Source: Methanomicrobiales archaeon (GTDB lineage: Archaea; Halobacteriota; Methanomicrobia; Methanomicrobiales; JACTUA01). From it: 26,247 nucleotides of DNA. A model generated the notes under the pieces. The model was not told the origin of the DNA and did not search any database. It worked only from the letters and a program-made list of their open reading frames with translations. Shown one piece after another: positions 8,449-17,500 of the stretch. Each line of letters opens with the position of its first letter. Position 1 is the first letter of the stretch. A program made the translations under genes and the position numbers. The stretch is taken from the NCBI GenBank assembly GCA_028678555.1, contig JAJRDF010000006.1:1-26247 (forward strand), in the 5' to 3' direction.

Positions 8449-9818
8449 CCCAGATCACCATCAGCCCGGTGACACGGATCGAGGGGCATGCCCAGGTCCG
8501 CATCCAGCTGAACGACCAGAAGCAGGTGGAACGGGCCCACTTCAGCGTCGTGGAACTCCGGGGCTTCGAGAAGTTCCTGATCGGGGCTGCGGTGGAGGAA
8601 GCCCCCCGGATCACGCCGCGGATCTGCGGCATCTGCCCCACCTCCCACCACCTGGCCTCGGCCATGGCCGTGGACCAGATCTTTGGCGTCACCCCGCCGG
8701 AGACCGGTCGGAAGCTCCGGGAACTCCTGGCCCATGCCCAGTGCATCCACTCCCATGCCATCCACTTCTTCATGCTGGCCGCCCCCGACTTCCTCATCGG
8801 TCACGATGCGCCGGCACAGGATCGGAACGTGCTGGGGATGGTGAAGAAGGCTCCTGCCATCGCCCGGAATGCCATCGAGGTCCGCAAGCTGGGGCAGCGG
8901 ATCACGGAAGCGGTGGGGGGAAAGCCCATCCATCCCTCCAACGCGGTGCCGGGGGGGATCTCCCGGCCGCTGGAGGAGGCGCAGCGGGCTGCCCTCCTCA
9001 CCCAGGCACGGAACGGGCTCTCCATCGCGGAGGAGGGGTGGGAACTGGCCCGGACCCTGCTGGATGCGACGGACCTCTCCCTGGGTGCCGTGGAGACGGC
9101 GTTCATGGGGATGTGCAGGGATGGTGAGTACACCCTCAGCGACGGCCAGGTCCTGATCGCAGGAAAGGACGGGAACCCCCTGGGATCCTTCGCCGGGGCC
9201 GACTACGTCCGGCACATCCAGGAGTATTCGGAGCCCTGGTCGTACCTGAAGTTCGTGAGGCTGGCCTCCGGTGAGCACTACCGGGTGGGGCCCCAGGCAC
9301 GGCTGAACCTCTGCCGGGCGATGGGCACCCCGCTCGCCGACGCGGCGCTGAAGGAGTACCGGGGACGCTTCGGGTCCTGGGTCCAGGCACCCCTGGCCGC
9401 CAACATGGCCCGGTACGTGGAGTTCCTGGCCTCCTGTGAACGGACCGTCCGGCTCCTGGAGGACCCCGCCATCACCGGGACCCGGGTCAGGGAGCCGGCA
9501 GGGAAGGTGGTGAACCACCGGGGCGTGGGGATCCTGGAAGCCCCCCGGGGCACCCTGATCCATGATTACACGGTCGATGAGCAGGGGTTCATCCGGGAAT
9601 GCAACCTGATCGTGGCCACCTGCCAGAACAGCTGGGCCATCGACCGGTCGGTGGAACAGGCGGCCCGGGGGCTGGTCAGGGACGGGGCGCTCACGGAAGC
9701 GGCGGGAAACCGCATCGAGATGGTGATCCGGTCCTATGATCCCTGTATCTCCTGTGCCACCCATGCCATCGGCAGGATGCCGGTGGCCGTTGAGGTCCGG
9801 GATGCAATAAATATTTGA
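8445..9818 (+). CDS. [NiFe]-hydrogenase large subunit, MvhA-like (group 3)
   Basis: TRIEGH, L1 RICGICPTSH, EAPRGTLIHDY, L2 YDPCISCATH plus a 17-aa C-terminal tail. GTGA overlap with the small subunit gene. Confidence 0.93.
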   Translation: MTQITISPVTRIEGHAQVRIQLNDQKQVERAHFSVVELRGFEKFLIGAAVEEAPRITPRICGICPTSHHLASAMAVDQIFGVTPPETGRKLRELLAHAQCIHSHAIHFFMLAAPDFLIGHDAPAQDRNVLGMVKKAPAIARNAIEVRKLGQRITEAVGGKPIHPSNAVPGGISRPLEEAQRAALLTQARNGLSIAEEGWELARTLLDATDLSLGAVETAFMGMCRDGEYTLSDGQVLIAGKDGNPLGSFAGADYVRHIQEYSEPWSYLKFVRLASGEHYRVGPQARLNLCRAMGTPLADAALKEYRGRFGSWVQAPLAANMARYVEFLASCERTVRLLEDPAITGTRVREPAGKVVNHRGVGILEAPRGTLIHDYTVDEQGFIRECNLIVATCQNSWAIDRSVEQAARGLVRDGALTEAAGNRIEMVIRSYDPCISCATHAIGRMPVAVEVRDAINI

Positions 9819-9858
9819 GAGTGGGAGAAGAAGATTGGATAAGGGGCGAAAAACCTGT

Positions 9859-10206
9859 ATGCTCAATCAGATTCTTGCCGAATTCCTGAAACTGGACGGG
9901 GTGTTTGCAGCGGTGGTTGTGGGCCGTGACGGGATTGTCATCGAGAGTGCGGTCTCGGGGAAGGTGGATATCGATGCGCTGGGCGCGATGGCATCCACCG
10001 GCATGGGCACTGCCGAGGCGATGGGCAACGAGCTGGGGAAAGGGGAACTCAACCAGATGATGGTGGAACTGGAGAAGGGACCGATTCTCCTCTCGCCCCT
10101 CTCGAAGGACGAGCTGATTGCCATCGTCTCGGACACCACGGGTAACATCGGCCGGATCAGGTACGAACTCAAGAAAAACAAGGAACGGATCATTGCTGCA
10201 CTCTGA
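9859..10206 (+). CDS. Roadblock/LC7 (MglB-like) protein, 115 aa
   Basis: L..FLKLDGVFAAVVVGRDGIVIES...LGAMAS...LGKGELNQMMVELEKGPILL...NIGRIR signature. ATG 9859 is preferred over the track's TTG 9835. Confidence 0.9.
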   Translation: MLNQILAEFLKLDGVFAAVVVGRDGIVIESAVSGKVDIDALGAMASTGMGTAEAMGNELGKGELNQMMVELEKGPILLSPLSKDELIAIVSDTTGNIGRIRYELKKNKERIIAAL

Positions 10207-10209
10207 CAC

Positions 10210-12142
10210 ATGATGCACACCGGGAAGGTAAGGGGCAGGTTCAGCGAGGTCCTGCCCAAGGTGAGGACTCTCAGGGGGGCGATGCGGGTGATCACCCCCG
10301 AGGGAAGGGGCGTGGTACTGGTGGACATGGGGAAACCGATGGCGTCCTACCTGAAGGCGGGAGAGACCACGTTCCGGGGCAGCGAGTCGCTGGAGCTCCT
10401 TGAATCCGAGCCGATGGCCGAGTACGACCTGGTGGCCTACGAAGAGGACGAGTTCCGCGAAGCGATGGGTATCTGTGCCAGCGAGGGCCTCCGGCTGGAG
10501 GATTACCGTGCCGCTGCGGCGGTGACCGGTGGGGCAGAGAAGGGAGGCGGCCTCCTGTCGAACCTCTTCCGGAGGTTCTCCGGCGTTGGGAATGAGGCAG
10601 AGACCGCTCCGTCCCCCCGTCCCCGGCCCCTGAAGGAGGAGAAGGTGCCGGAGCCGATCCCTCCCGTGGTGAGCCCTCCGGAGGCGGCCCCGCCGGTTGC
10701 GAAACCGCCGGAGCCGTCGGCCATGGAAGAGAAGGAACCCTTCCCGGTGGGAATTCCCGCGGCCTCCCCGTCCCCTCCCCCCGCCCCAGCGCAGGAGGAG
10801 TCCGAGCTCTCGGCCATCGTGAAAAGACTCTCCCGATCCCGCGGGGTATCCCCGCTACCCGCGGAGACACCTCCGCCTCCTCCCGTGTCCGCACCCTCCC
10901 CGGTCCCCGTAGGCACCCCCGCGCCCCGGGAGGAAGGAGCCCCCCTTTCCGCCGGTGAACCGGAGGAGGAGAAGGAGGAAGAGGAAGCAGCGGTCCCGGG
11001 CGATGACACCCTGGACGAGATTCTGAGACGGTACAAATCCGGCGGGCAGGCGCTGGTTGTGGCATGGGGAGAGCAGGGGGAACAGTCCCGGGTGGAAATG
11101 AATGCCATGATGAAACGGATCACACGGCTGGACATTGTCTCCTTCAGGAAGGAGATGGAGGACGTGAAATCCACTGCCCTCCGTGACAGCGCCGCAGGGC
11201 GGGAGGCCCGAGACCTTCCCGGGGAACCGGTTGCCCGCGGGGCGATTCCCCCTCCCCCTGCCCCGGAGAAAGAGATGGTGCCGGTGGAACCGGTCCCCCA
11301 GGAACCAACCCGGCCATCCACGGATATGGACGACCTGAAGGCATTCATCCGGCAGCTGGAGAGCCTGGATCTGCAGACCCGGGAGCCGGTGCCGGAGGAG
11401 ATACCGGTCGTGCCCGTGGAGCCCCCGGCCCCGTCTCTCCGGCCGAAGGAGACCCCCGCTCTCACGATCGTTCCCGGCGTGCTCGGCAGCCTGCCCCCCC
11501 GGCCGAAGGAGGTTCCCGAATCCCCGAAGGCCGGGTCCGGAAAGGCGCTGCCACCCATGAGATTCGGGGAGCCCCTGGAGGCGGACCGGAAAGTGGAACG
11601 CCGGCCAGTCGTTCTCCCGGAGTCCCCTGCAGGTGCGGAAACGCCCGCCCGGGAGGTGATCATCCAGTGGAAGGAGGATGAGCCGCTGTCGGGAGCCGCT
11701 GCGGGGACAGCCACCCTGCCGGGGGCCCCCCAGGCAGAGGCGCCCCGGGGCCGGCCGGTGATCCTGAAACGGGAGATCGATATCCGGAGGGTCGAACGCC
11801 GGCCGGAACGGCCACGGGCTGCCCTTCCGCTCCTGGATGAGACGAAGATGGAGAAGATCATGCGCCAGCCCGGAGTCATCGCCGTAGGAAGGGTTTGCGA
11901 TCCAGTCCGTCGGAAAGGCGGACTTCGACCAGGTGGCAGCGAATGCAGAGGACCTGCTCCGGGCCGGTACCAAGATTGCATCGGATATCCATATCGGAAC
12001 CCTCCACCAGATCATTCTCGAGAGCGCCGGAGGGAAGCTGATCATCTCCCCGTACGGGGATCTGAACCTCTGCGTCTTCACCGATGCCGATGCCAACCTG
12101 GGACTGATCCGCGTGGCAATCCGGTCCCTGCAGGCGGAGTGA
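10210..12142 (+). pseudogene. DUF2226/PATAN-like N-domain + Pro/Glu-rich linker + C-terminal Roadblock domain, interrupted by a frameshift at ~11887 (real lesion or sequence error)
   Basis: Frame 0 reads ...IMRQPGVIAV to 11886. The Roadblock sequence continues in the +1 frame from 11888 (EGFAIQSVGKADFDQVAANAEDLLRAG...NLGLIRVAIRSLQAE*, TGA ends 12142). Confidence 0.8.
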
Positions 12143-12147
12143 TCCGG

Positions 12148-12831
12148 ATGAAAATACCCCACTGCTCCACGACGGCGACCCGGAGGGGGGTAACGGTCAG
12201 GGAGCTCCTGGACCAGCTGACCACCGGCAGGTTCACCGGCTACTGTGCCATCCCTTTCGGCGAGAATATCACCTCCCTTGTCTTTGAGGGGGGCATCTGC
12301 CTCCTGGCCGAACACCTGGGGCAGGGGGGATATCCGGGCCTCCAGAAACTGGCGGTCATGGGAGAGGCCCGGGTGGATGCGGCACTCTGCGAATTCACGA
12401 CAACCCAGCTGGCCGTCACCCTGAAACTGAACGACCGGTGCCGGGTGGTCCTGCCGCCCGCCTCCCCCCAGGCCGGAGCCGGTACAGCCTCACGGGACAC
12501 TTTCGTGAGACCGGTGAAGCTTGCAGGGGTGGGCGCAAAACCGGTCCGGGTCACGAGCCTGCGGACGAAGGGGGTCCCTGCCGGGCATGCCGGGGCCGGG
12601 GGCCGGGGAAAGGCCGCCCCGGGCCAGATCGTGGACCGGAAGATAGGCCGGACCGAACAGCCCATCGGCAGGAAGGAGGAACCCATCACCAAGTCAGCCC
12701 TGGAGAGCCTGAAGACCATCAAGGATTCCTTCAAAACCGATGCCGCGGACCTGCTGGAGGAGCTGAACCTGGGCCACCTGGTGGTGAAGGGACAGCCCAA
12801 AAATGCCGGGAAAGAGGAAGAAAAAAGATGA
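12148..12831 (+). CDS. DUF2226/PATAN-like domain protein, 227 aa, with basic linker and helical C-terminus
   Basis: Own RBS GGAGTGA and ATG 12148. Pattern VRELLDQLTTGRFTGYCAI...LVFEGGICLLAE...GYPGLQKL. The domain name comes from pattern recognition only. Confidence 0.75.
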   Translation: MKIPHCSTTATRRGVTVRELLDQLTTGRFTGYCAIPFGENITSLVFEGGICLLAEHLGQGGYPGLQKLAVMGEARVDAALCEFTTTQLAVTLKLNDRCRVVLPPASPQAGAGTASRDTFVRPVKLAGVGAKPVRVTSLRTKGVPAGHAGAGGRGKAAPGQIVDRKIGRTEQPIGRKEEPITKSALESLKTIKDSFKTDAADLLEELNLGHLVVKGQPKNAGKEEEKR

Positions 12832-12890
12832 AATGCAAGGGAACCTGTGAGTGAAATGACAGCAACGTATAAGTATTTGGATAATGAGAA

Positions 12891-12909
12891 TTTTATAGAG
12901 TTTATAAAT
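12891..12909 (+). promoter_or_regulatory. TATA box(es) for minD
   Basis: TTTTATAG and TTTATAAAT (12901-12909) in an AT-rich gap. The second ends 23 nt before ATG 12933, consistent with a leaderless start. Confidence 0.6.
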
Positions 12910-12932
12910 CGCTCTGTATGAGCAGGTGCGAG

Positions 12933-13721
12933 ATGTTCAGAGCTTTCACCATTGCTTCCGGAAAAGGCGGTACCGGGAAAACCACAGTAACCGTCAATCT
13001 GGGCACATCACTGGCCCAGCTGGGAAAGGAGACCTTCATCCTGGATGCCGATATCGGCATGGCCAACCTGGGGCTGGTGCTGGGCCTCGAAAGTGTTCCC
13101 GTCACCCTCCACGAGGTACTGGCAGGAAAGGCCAGCATCGAGGATGCCATCTACGAGGGGCCCAACGGCCTCAAGGTGGTCCCGAGCGGCATCTCGCTCC
13201 AGGGATTCCAGAATGCCGATCCCGAGAAGATGAAGGATGTGATGAGGGACCTGGTGGGGAGGAGCGAGTTCCTCCTCATCGATGCCCCGGCCGGCATCAG
13301 CAAGGACGGTGTCGTTGCCCTCGCCATCGCCGATGAGGTGGTGCTCGTGGTGAACCCGGAGCTCTCCTCCATGGCCGATGCCCTGAAAACCAAGATCCTC
13401 ACCGAGATGGTGGGGGGGAAGGTCTACGGGGCCATCCTGAACCGGGCAGGGATGGAGAACACCGAGCTGCGCAGGCACAGCGTGGAGGACGTCCTGGGTG
13501 TCCGGGTCATCGACATGATCCCGGAGGACGCCAACGTGAGGAGGGCGGCCGCTTATAAGACACCGGTTGTGATCAAGTACCCCACCTCAGGCGCGTCGCG
13601 GGCATTCCGGCGGATTGCCGCTGACCTGGCCGGTTCCGAGTACAAGGAAGAGAAGACTGCGGTCCAGGAAGGGTTCGTGGATCGCCTGGCACGGACCCTC
13701 TTCGGGGGCGCCCAACGGTAG
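12933..13721 (+). CDS. minD: MinD/ParA-family ATPase (archaeal MinD-like)
   Basis: Deviant Walker A SGKGGTGKTT, DADIGMANL, LLIDAPAG and a C-terminal amphipathic helix GFVDRLARTLF. Start at 12933 is favoured by TATA spacing; 12918 is the alternative. Confidence 0.92.
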   Translation: MFRAFTIASGKGGTGKTTVTVNLGTSLAQLGKETFILDADIGMANLGLVLGLESVPVTLHEVLAGKASIEDAIYEGPNGLKVVPSGISLQGFQNADPEKMKDVMRDLVGRSEFLLIDAPAGISKDGVVALAIADEVVLVVNPELSSMADALKTKILTEMVGGKVYGAILNRAGMENTELRRHSVEDVLGVRVIDMIPEDANVRRAAAYKTPVVIKYPTSGASRAFRRIAADLAGSEYKEEKTAVQEGFVDRLARTLFGGAQR

Positions 13722-13760
13722 ATCGACGGAAATCTCGCACCAAATATCATTATTTCAATG

Positions 13761-13775
13761 TTTTTTTCTTTTTCT
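13761..13775 (+). terminator. Oligo-T tract, candidate archaeal terminator after minD
   Basis: T-rich run about 40 nt after the minD stop. Confidence 0.5.
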
Positions 13776-13816
13776 GACTCAATTCAATTACCAGTATAAA
13801 AGACAAAGTTTATTAC

Positions 13817-13843
13817 TATCATGACGATGATATATATTTATAT
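13817..13843 (+). promoter_or_regulatory. Inverted repeat abutting a TATA box upstream of the pilus ATPase unit
   Basis: TATCAT-gacg-ATGATA (13817-13832) immediately followed by TATATTTATAT (13833-13843). Confidence 0.55.
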
Positions 13844-13909
13844 CCGCAACATCCGTCAGAGGTTACACCCTCCCCAGGATTTCCGTTCCCGCGAGGTTGA
13901 GCGGATGAG

Positions 13910-14542
13910 GTGAACAACCGTACGTCTGAGATTTCCAGCATCATCGATGAGGTGCTCAGCAACGCGACCTTTGTCGCCAGTTATCCCCTGGACGAGCTGA
14001 TCCGTTCCGCCGAGGAATCCGGAGTGAACGGGATCGGCGTCTATGAGGAGAAGGAGCGGAAATTCTTTCTGATGTTCGAGGCGGGTCAGCCGGAAGGGGT
14101 CATCTACGTGGACCCCAAGGGAACCCTCTTTGGTGACAAGGCCGCATTCCTCCTCTCGGGGAAAGAGACCTTCGAATTCTTCCAGGTCAGCCAGCCGATG
14201 GTGAATGCCCTGGCATCCCGGTGCAGGGTCTTTGACAAGAGCCACCTGAAGAAGCGCCTCCGTGAGGAGCTCCCCACGTTCGGGGGAAAGAGGCCGAGCC
14301 CCGGGGTCCTCTGCCTGATCATTGTGAAAGACGGTGTCACCCAGACGGGGATCCGGGTATCCATCAAGAAGGGCCGTCAGATCATTGCGAGCGATATGAC
14401 CACATCCGATGGAAAGGTCTGCTTCAAGCTGCTCAACGGGAAATATGACTGCACGGCCGTGGACCGGGATCAGGCGATGTACACGTTCATGGTTGATTTC
14501 AATCACCGGTATGCGGAGACCACCATAGAAATTGGGGGGTAG
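13910..14542 (+). CDS. Hypothetical protein: DUF2226/PATAN-like N-domain plus beta-rich (carboxypeptidase-regulatory/transthyretin-like) C-domain
   Basis: GTG start with GAGG upstream. N-half VNGIGVY...FFLMFEAGQPEGVIY...GTLFGDKA; C-half GIRVSIKKG...TTSDGKVCFKLLNGKY. Only 3 nt separate it from the ATPase start. Confidence 0.7.
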   Translation: MNNRTSEISSIIDEVLSNATFVASYPLDELIRSAEESGVNGIGVYEEKERKFFLMFEAGQPEGVIYVDPKGTLFGDKAAFLLSGKETFEFFQVSQPMVNALASRCRVFDKSHLKKRLREELPTFGGKRPSPGVLCLIIVKDGVTQTGIRVSIKKGRQIIASDMTTSDGKVCFKLLNGKYDCTAVDRDQAMYTFMVDFNHRYAETTIEIGG

Positions 14543-14545
14543 CAG

Positions 14546-17500
14546 ATGTCTCAAATGGATCCAAAGAAGGAAGAACTGAATGCAATGATGAAACGCCTGG
14601 GCCTGCTCGGCATGGAGACCGCCGACGAGGCCCCGGCTGCACCGGCCGGACCGGTGGTCCAGGTGGAGAAACCGACTGTGGTCCGGGCAACGGCGCCGGA
14701 AAGTGCCAGGGAGCAGGAAGTACCCGTACGGCCGGGGGAGAGCATTCCTCCGGCCGCAGCGGCACCGAAGGCAAAGAAACCGTCTTCCCCGCCCTCCGTG
14801 GGCCCGGAGGATCTCTCGCCCATGATGGACCGGCTGAAGCGGCTGGACCTGTCCACATTCCGGCAGGAGATCGAGGAAGCGCCGGAACCCGCCGCGGTTC
14901 CTGTGAAATCCCCTCAGGCGGCACCCCAGCCAGCCCCCCAGGATGACCTCTCTCTCCTCATGAAGCGGCTGGAGGGGGCTGTCCCCCCGAAAGAACCTGC
15001 CCCCCAGGCCGTCAGGGCCACCCGGGCCGAGGCTGCCCCGCTCCCCCAGGCACCCCCCGCCCCGGCCGCGGCCGTCCCGGAGGATGACCTCTCTGCCCTC
15101 ATGAAGCGGCTCGGCGGCGGCCTGCCACCCAAGGAGGCCGGGAAGAAGACCGTCCGGGCCACCCGGGCCGAGACTGCCCCGCAGGCAGCCCCCGTTCCGC
15201 CCGCAGCGGCCCAGGAGGATGACCTCTCTGCCCTCATGACGCGGCTGGAAGGTGTCACGAAGGATACGGGAGCCGAGCCCGAGGTCCGTGCCGCGGAACC
15301 CCGGGCGGCTCCGGCACCGGCAAGAAAAGTCCCCCAGGCTCCTGCAGCTCCCCCCGCCGCACGAGACGGGGATCTCTCCACCATGATGGACCGCCTGAAG
15401 CAGCTGGATCTGGCCATCGGCGAGGAGAAGCCGGAGGCGAAAGCGAAGGAAACGCAGGCCCCGCCTCCCGCCCTGGAGCCCCCCACGGGTCCCGGCGACG
15501 AATACGAGGCCCTGGTGCAGCGCCTGGGATCCTTCCGGCAGGAGATGAAGGCTGCCAGGGATGCCCGGACCGCCGAGACCACTGGGAAGGAGGAGTCTGC
15601 CCCTGCGCCCCGCCAGCGGGTAGGGGGGACGAAGGCGGTCCAGGGCGCCGCGGTCACCGCCGGGAACCTGGACGCCATGGCCCGCAGTGCGGGCACGGCC
15701 TCAGCGGCGGACCAGGAGGTCACCCAGGTCATCGACGATATCTTCAAGGTCCACACGGACACGTCCCTCGCGGAAGGCAAGGTGAATGTCTTCGATTCGC
15801 TCCACGATATCGCCGAGTCGGGGACCGGGGAGGCGGCAATGGAGGAGACCCCGTCGAAGCCTGTCCAGGCCAAGCGCACGCGCTGGTCAGAGATGGAGAC
15901 TGAGGAGGCCGAGGAGGCTGAGGATACCATCGTCTCTGTGGACGAGATCAAGGATATCTCTGACCTAATCCTGCCCAAGGGAGCCACCTTTGCCATCGAC
16001 GAGGTAAAGCTCCACGAGAGGACCGCCGTCTTTGATGTGAAGGGTGGCGGTATCGCCGGGAAGGTGCCCTCCGAGATGATCGAGAGCTGGCACTCCCAGC
16101 TCCCCATGGGGGTCATCAAGGACGTGGTTATCGGTGGTGAAGGGGCCCCGGAACAGCCGAAGGGGAAGGCAGGGGGGATCCTCGGCAGACTGAACATCAT
16201 GAAGGTGATCCGGCCCGAGATCGAGGAGTACAACCCCAAGATCCACGGCCCCCTGGTGGACCTGAACATCCGGGCCCAGCCCACCATCGAGGAGGTGGAG
16301 ATCTACCCGGTGAACGAACCGTATGCCTATATCCGGATCATCCACGACAGCACCTCCCACGAGTACACCTACCAGGTGCTGGAGCCCCAGCTCTCCCCGG
16401 CCGAGAAGGAGCTCCTGGTGGAGATCAAGCAGCGACTCTTCGAGACCCTGGAGGTGAATACGAAGGACATCACCAAGGATTCGGCAAAGAAAGCCATCCG
16501 GGGTGCAGTGGACGGGATCCTCCGGGATTACGGCATCTCACTCTCCCCGGCAGGGAGGGAGAAGATCCTGTACAACATCGAGAAGGAGTTCCTGGGCGAC
16601 GGGCTCGTGGACCCCATCATGCACGACAAGTACATCGAGGATATCTCCTGTGACGGGATCAATATCCCCATCTTCGTGTACCACACCTCCTATGAGAATA
16701 CGAAGACCAACCTCATGTACCGGGACGAGGAGGACCTGGATTCCTTTGTCACCAAGATGGCGCAGCGGGCAGGCAAGCACATCTCCATCGCCGAGCCCAT
16801 CCTGGACGCCACCATGCCGGACGGGTCCCGTATCCAGATGACCCTGGGTGCCGAGGTCACGGCCCATGGATCCACCTTCACGATCCGGAAATTCCGTGAA
16901 GAGCCCATCACGCCAACGGATCTGATCGAGTGGTCCACCTTTTCGCCCCTCTCCATCGCCTACCTCTGGCTGGCGGTGGAGAGCGGGAAATCGGCGATCT
17001 TTGCCGGGGGTACCGCATCCGGGAAGACCACGTCGCTCAATGCCATCTCCCTCTTCATTCCCCCGATGGCCAAGATCGTTTCCCTGGAGGATACACGGGA
17101 ACTGAAGCTCCCCCACCCCAACTGGATAGCCTCGGTCACCCGGGACTCCTTTGACACGGCGGGGAAAGGGCAGATCGACATGTACGAGCTCCTGCGGGCT
17201 GCACTGCGGCAGCGGCCGGAGTACCTGGTGGTGGGCGAGGTGAGAGGCAAGGAGGCCCTCACCCTGTTCCAGGCCATGTCGACAGGCCACGTCACCTATT
17301 CCACCATCCACGCTGACTCAGTGGCGAGCGTCGTCCACCGTATCGAGAACGCGCCCATGGACGTGCCCCGCAACATGCTCTCTGCGCTGAACCTGGTGGC
17401 CGTCCAGACCCAGGCCCGGATCGGAGGCCAGCGGATCCGGCGCTCCAAGCAGATCATCGAGATTCTGGATATCGACCCGCGGACGAACGAGCTGATCACG

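Noticed and set aside
8445-9818. Selenocysteine or degenerate (inactive) hydrogenase
   Set aside because: L2 is DPCISC with ordinary Cys codons, there is no in-frame TGA, and the catalytic motifs are intact.
10210-12831. 873-aa ORF as one genuine protein
   Set aside because: Residues after QPGVIAV are the off-frame reading of a Roadblock domain, and the downstream part has its own RBS and ATG at 12148.
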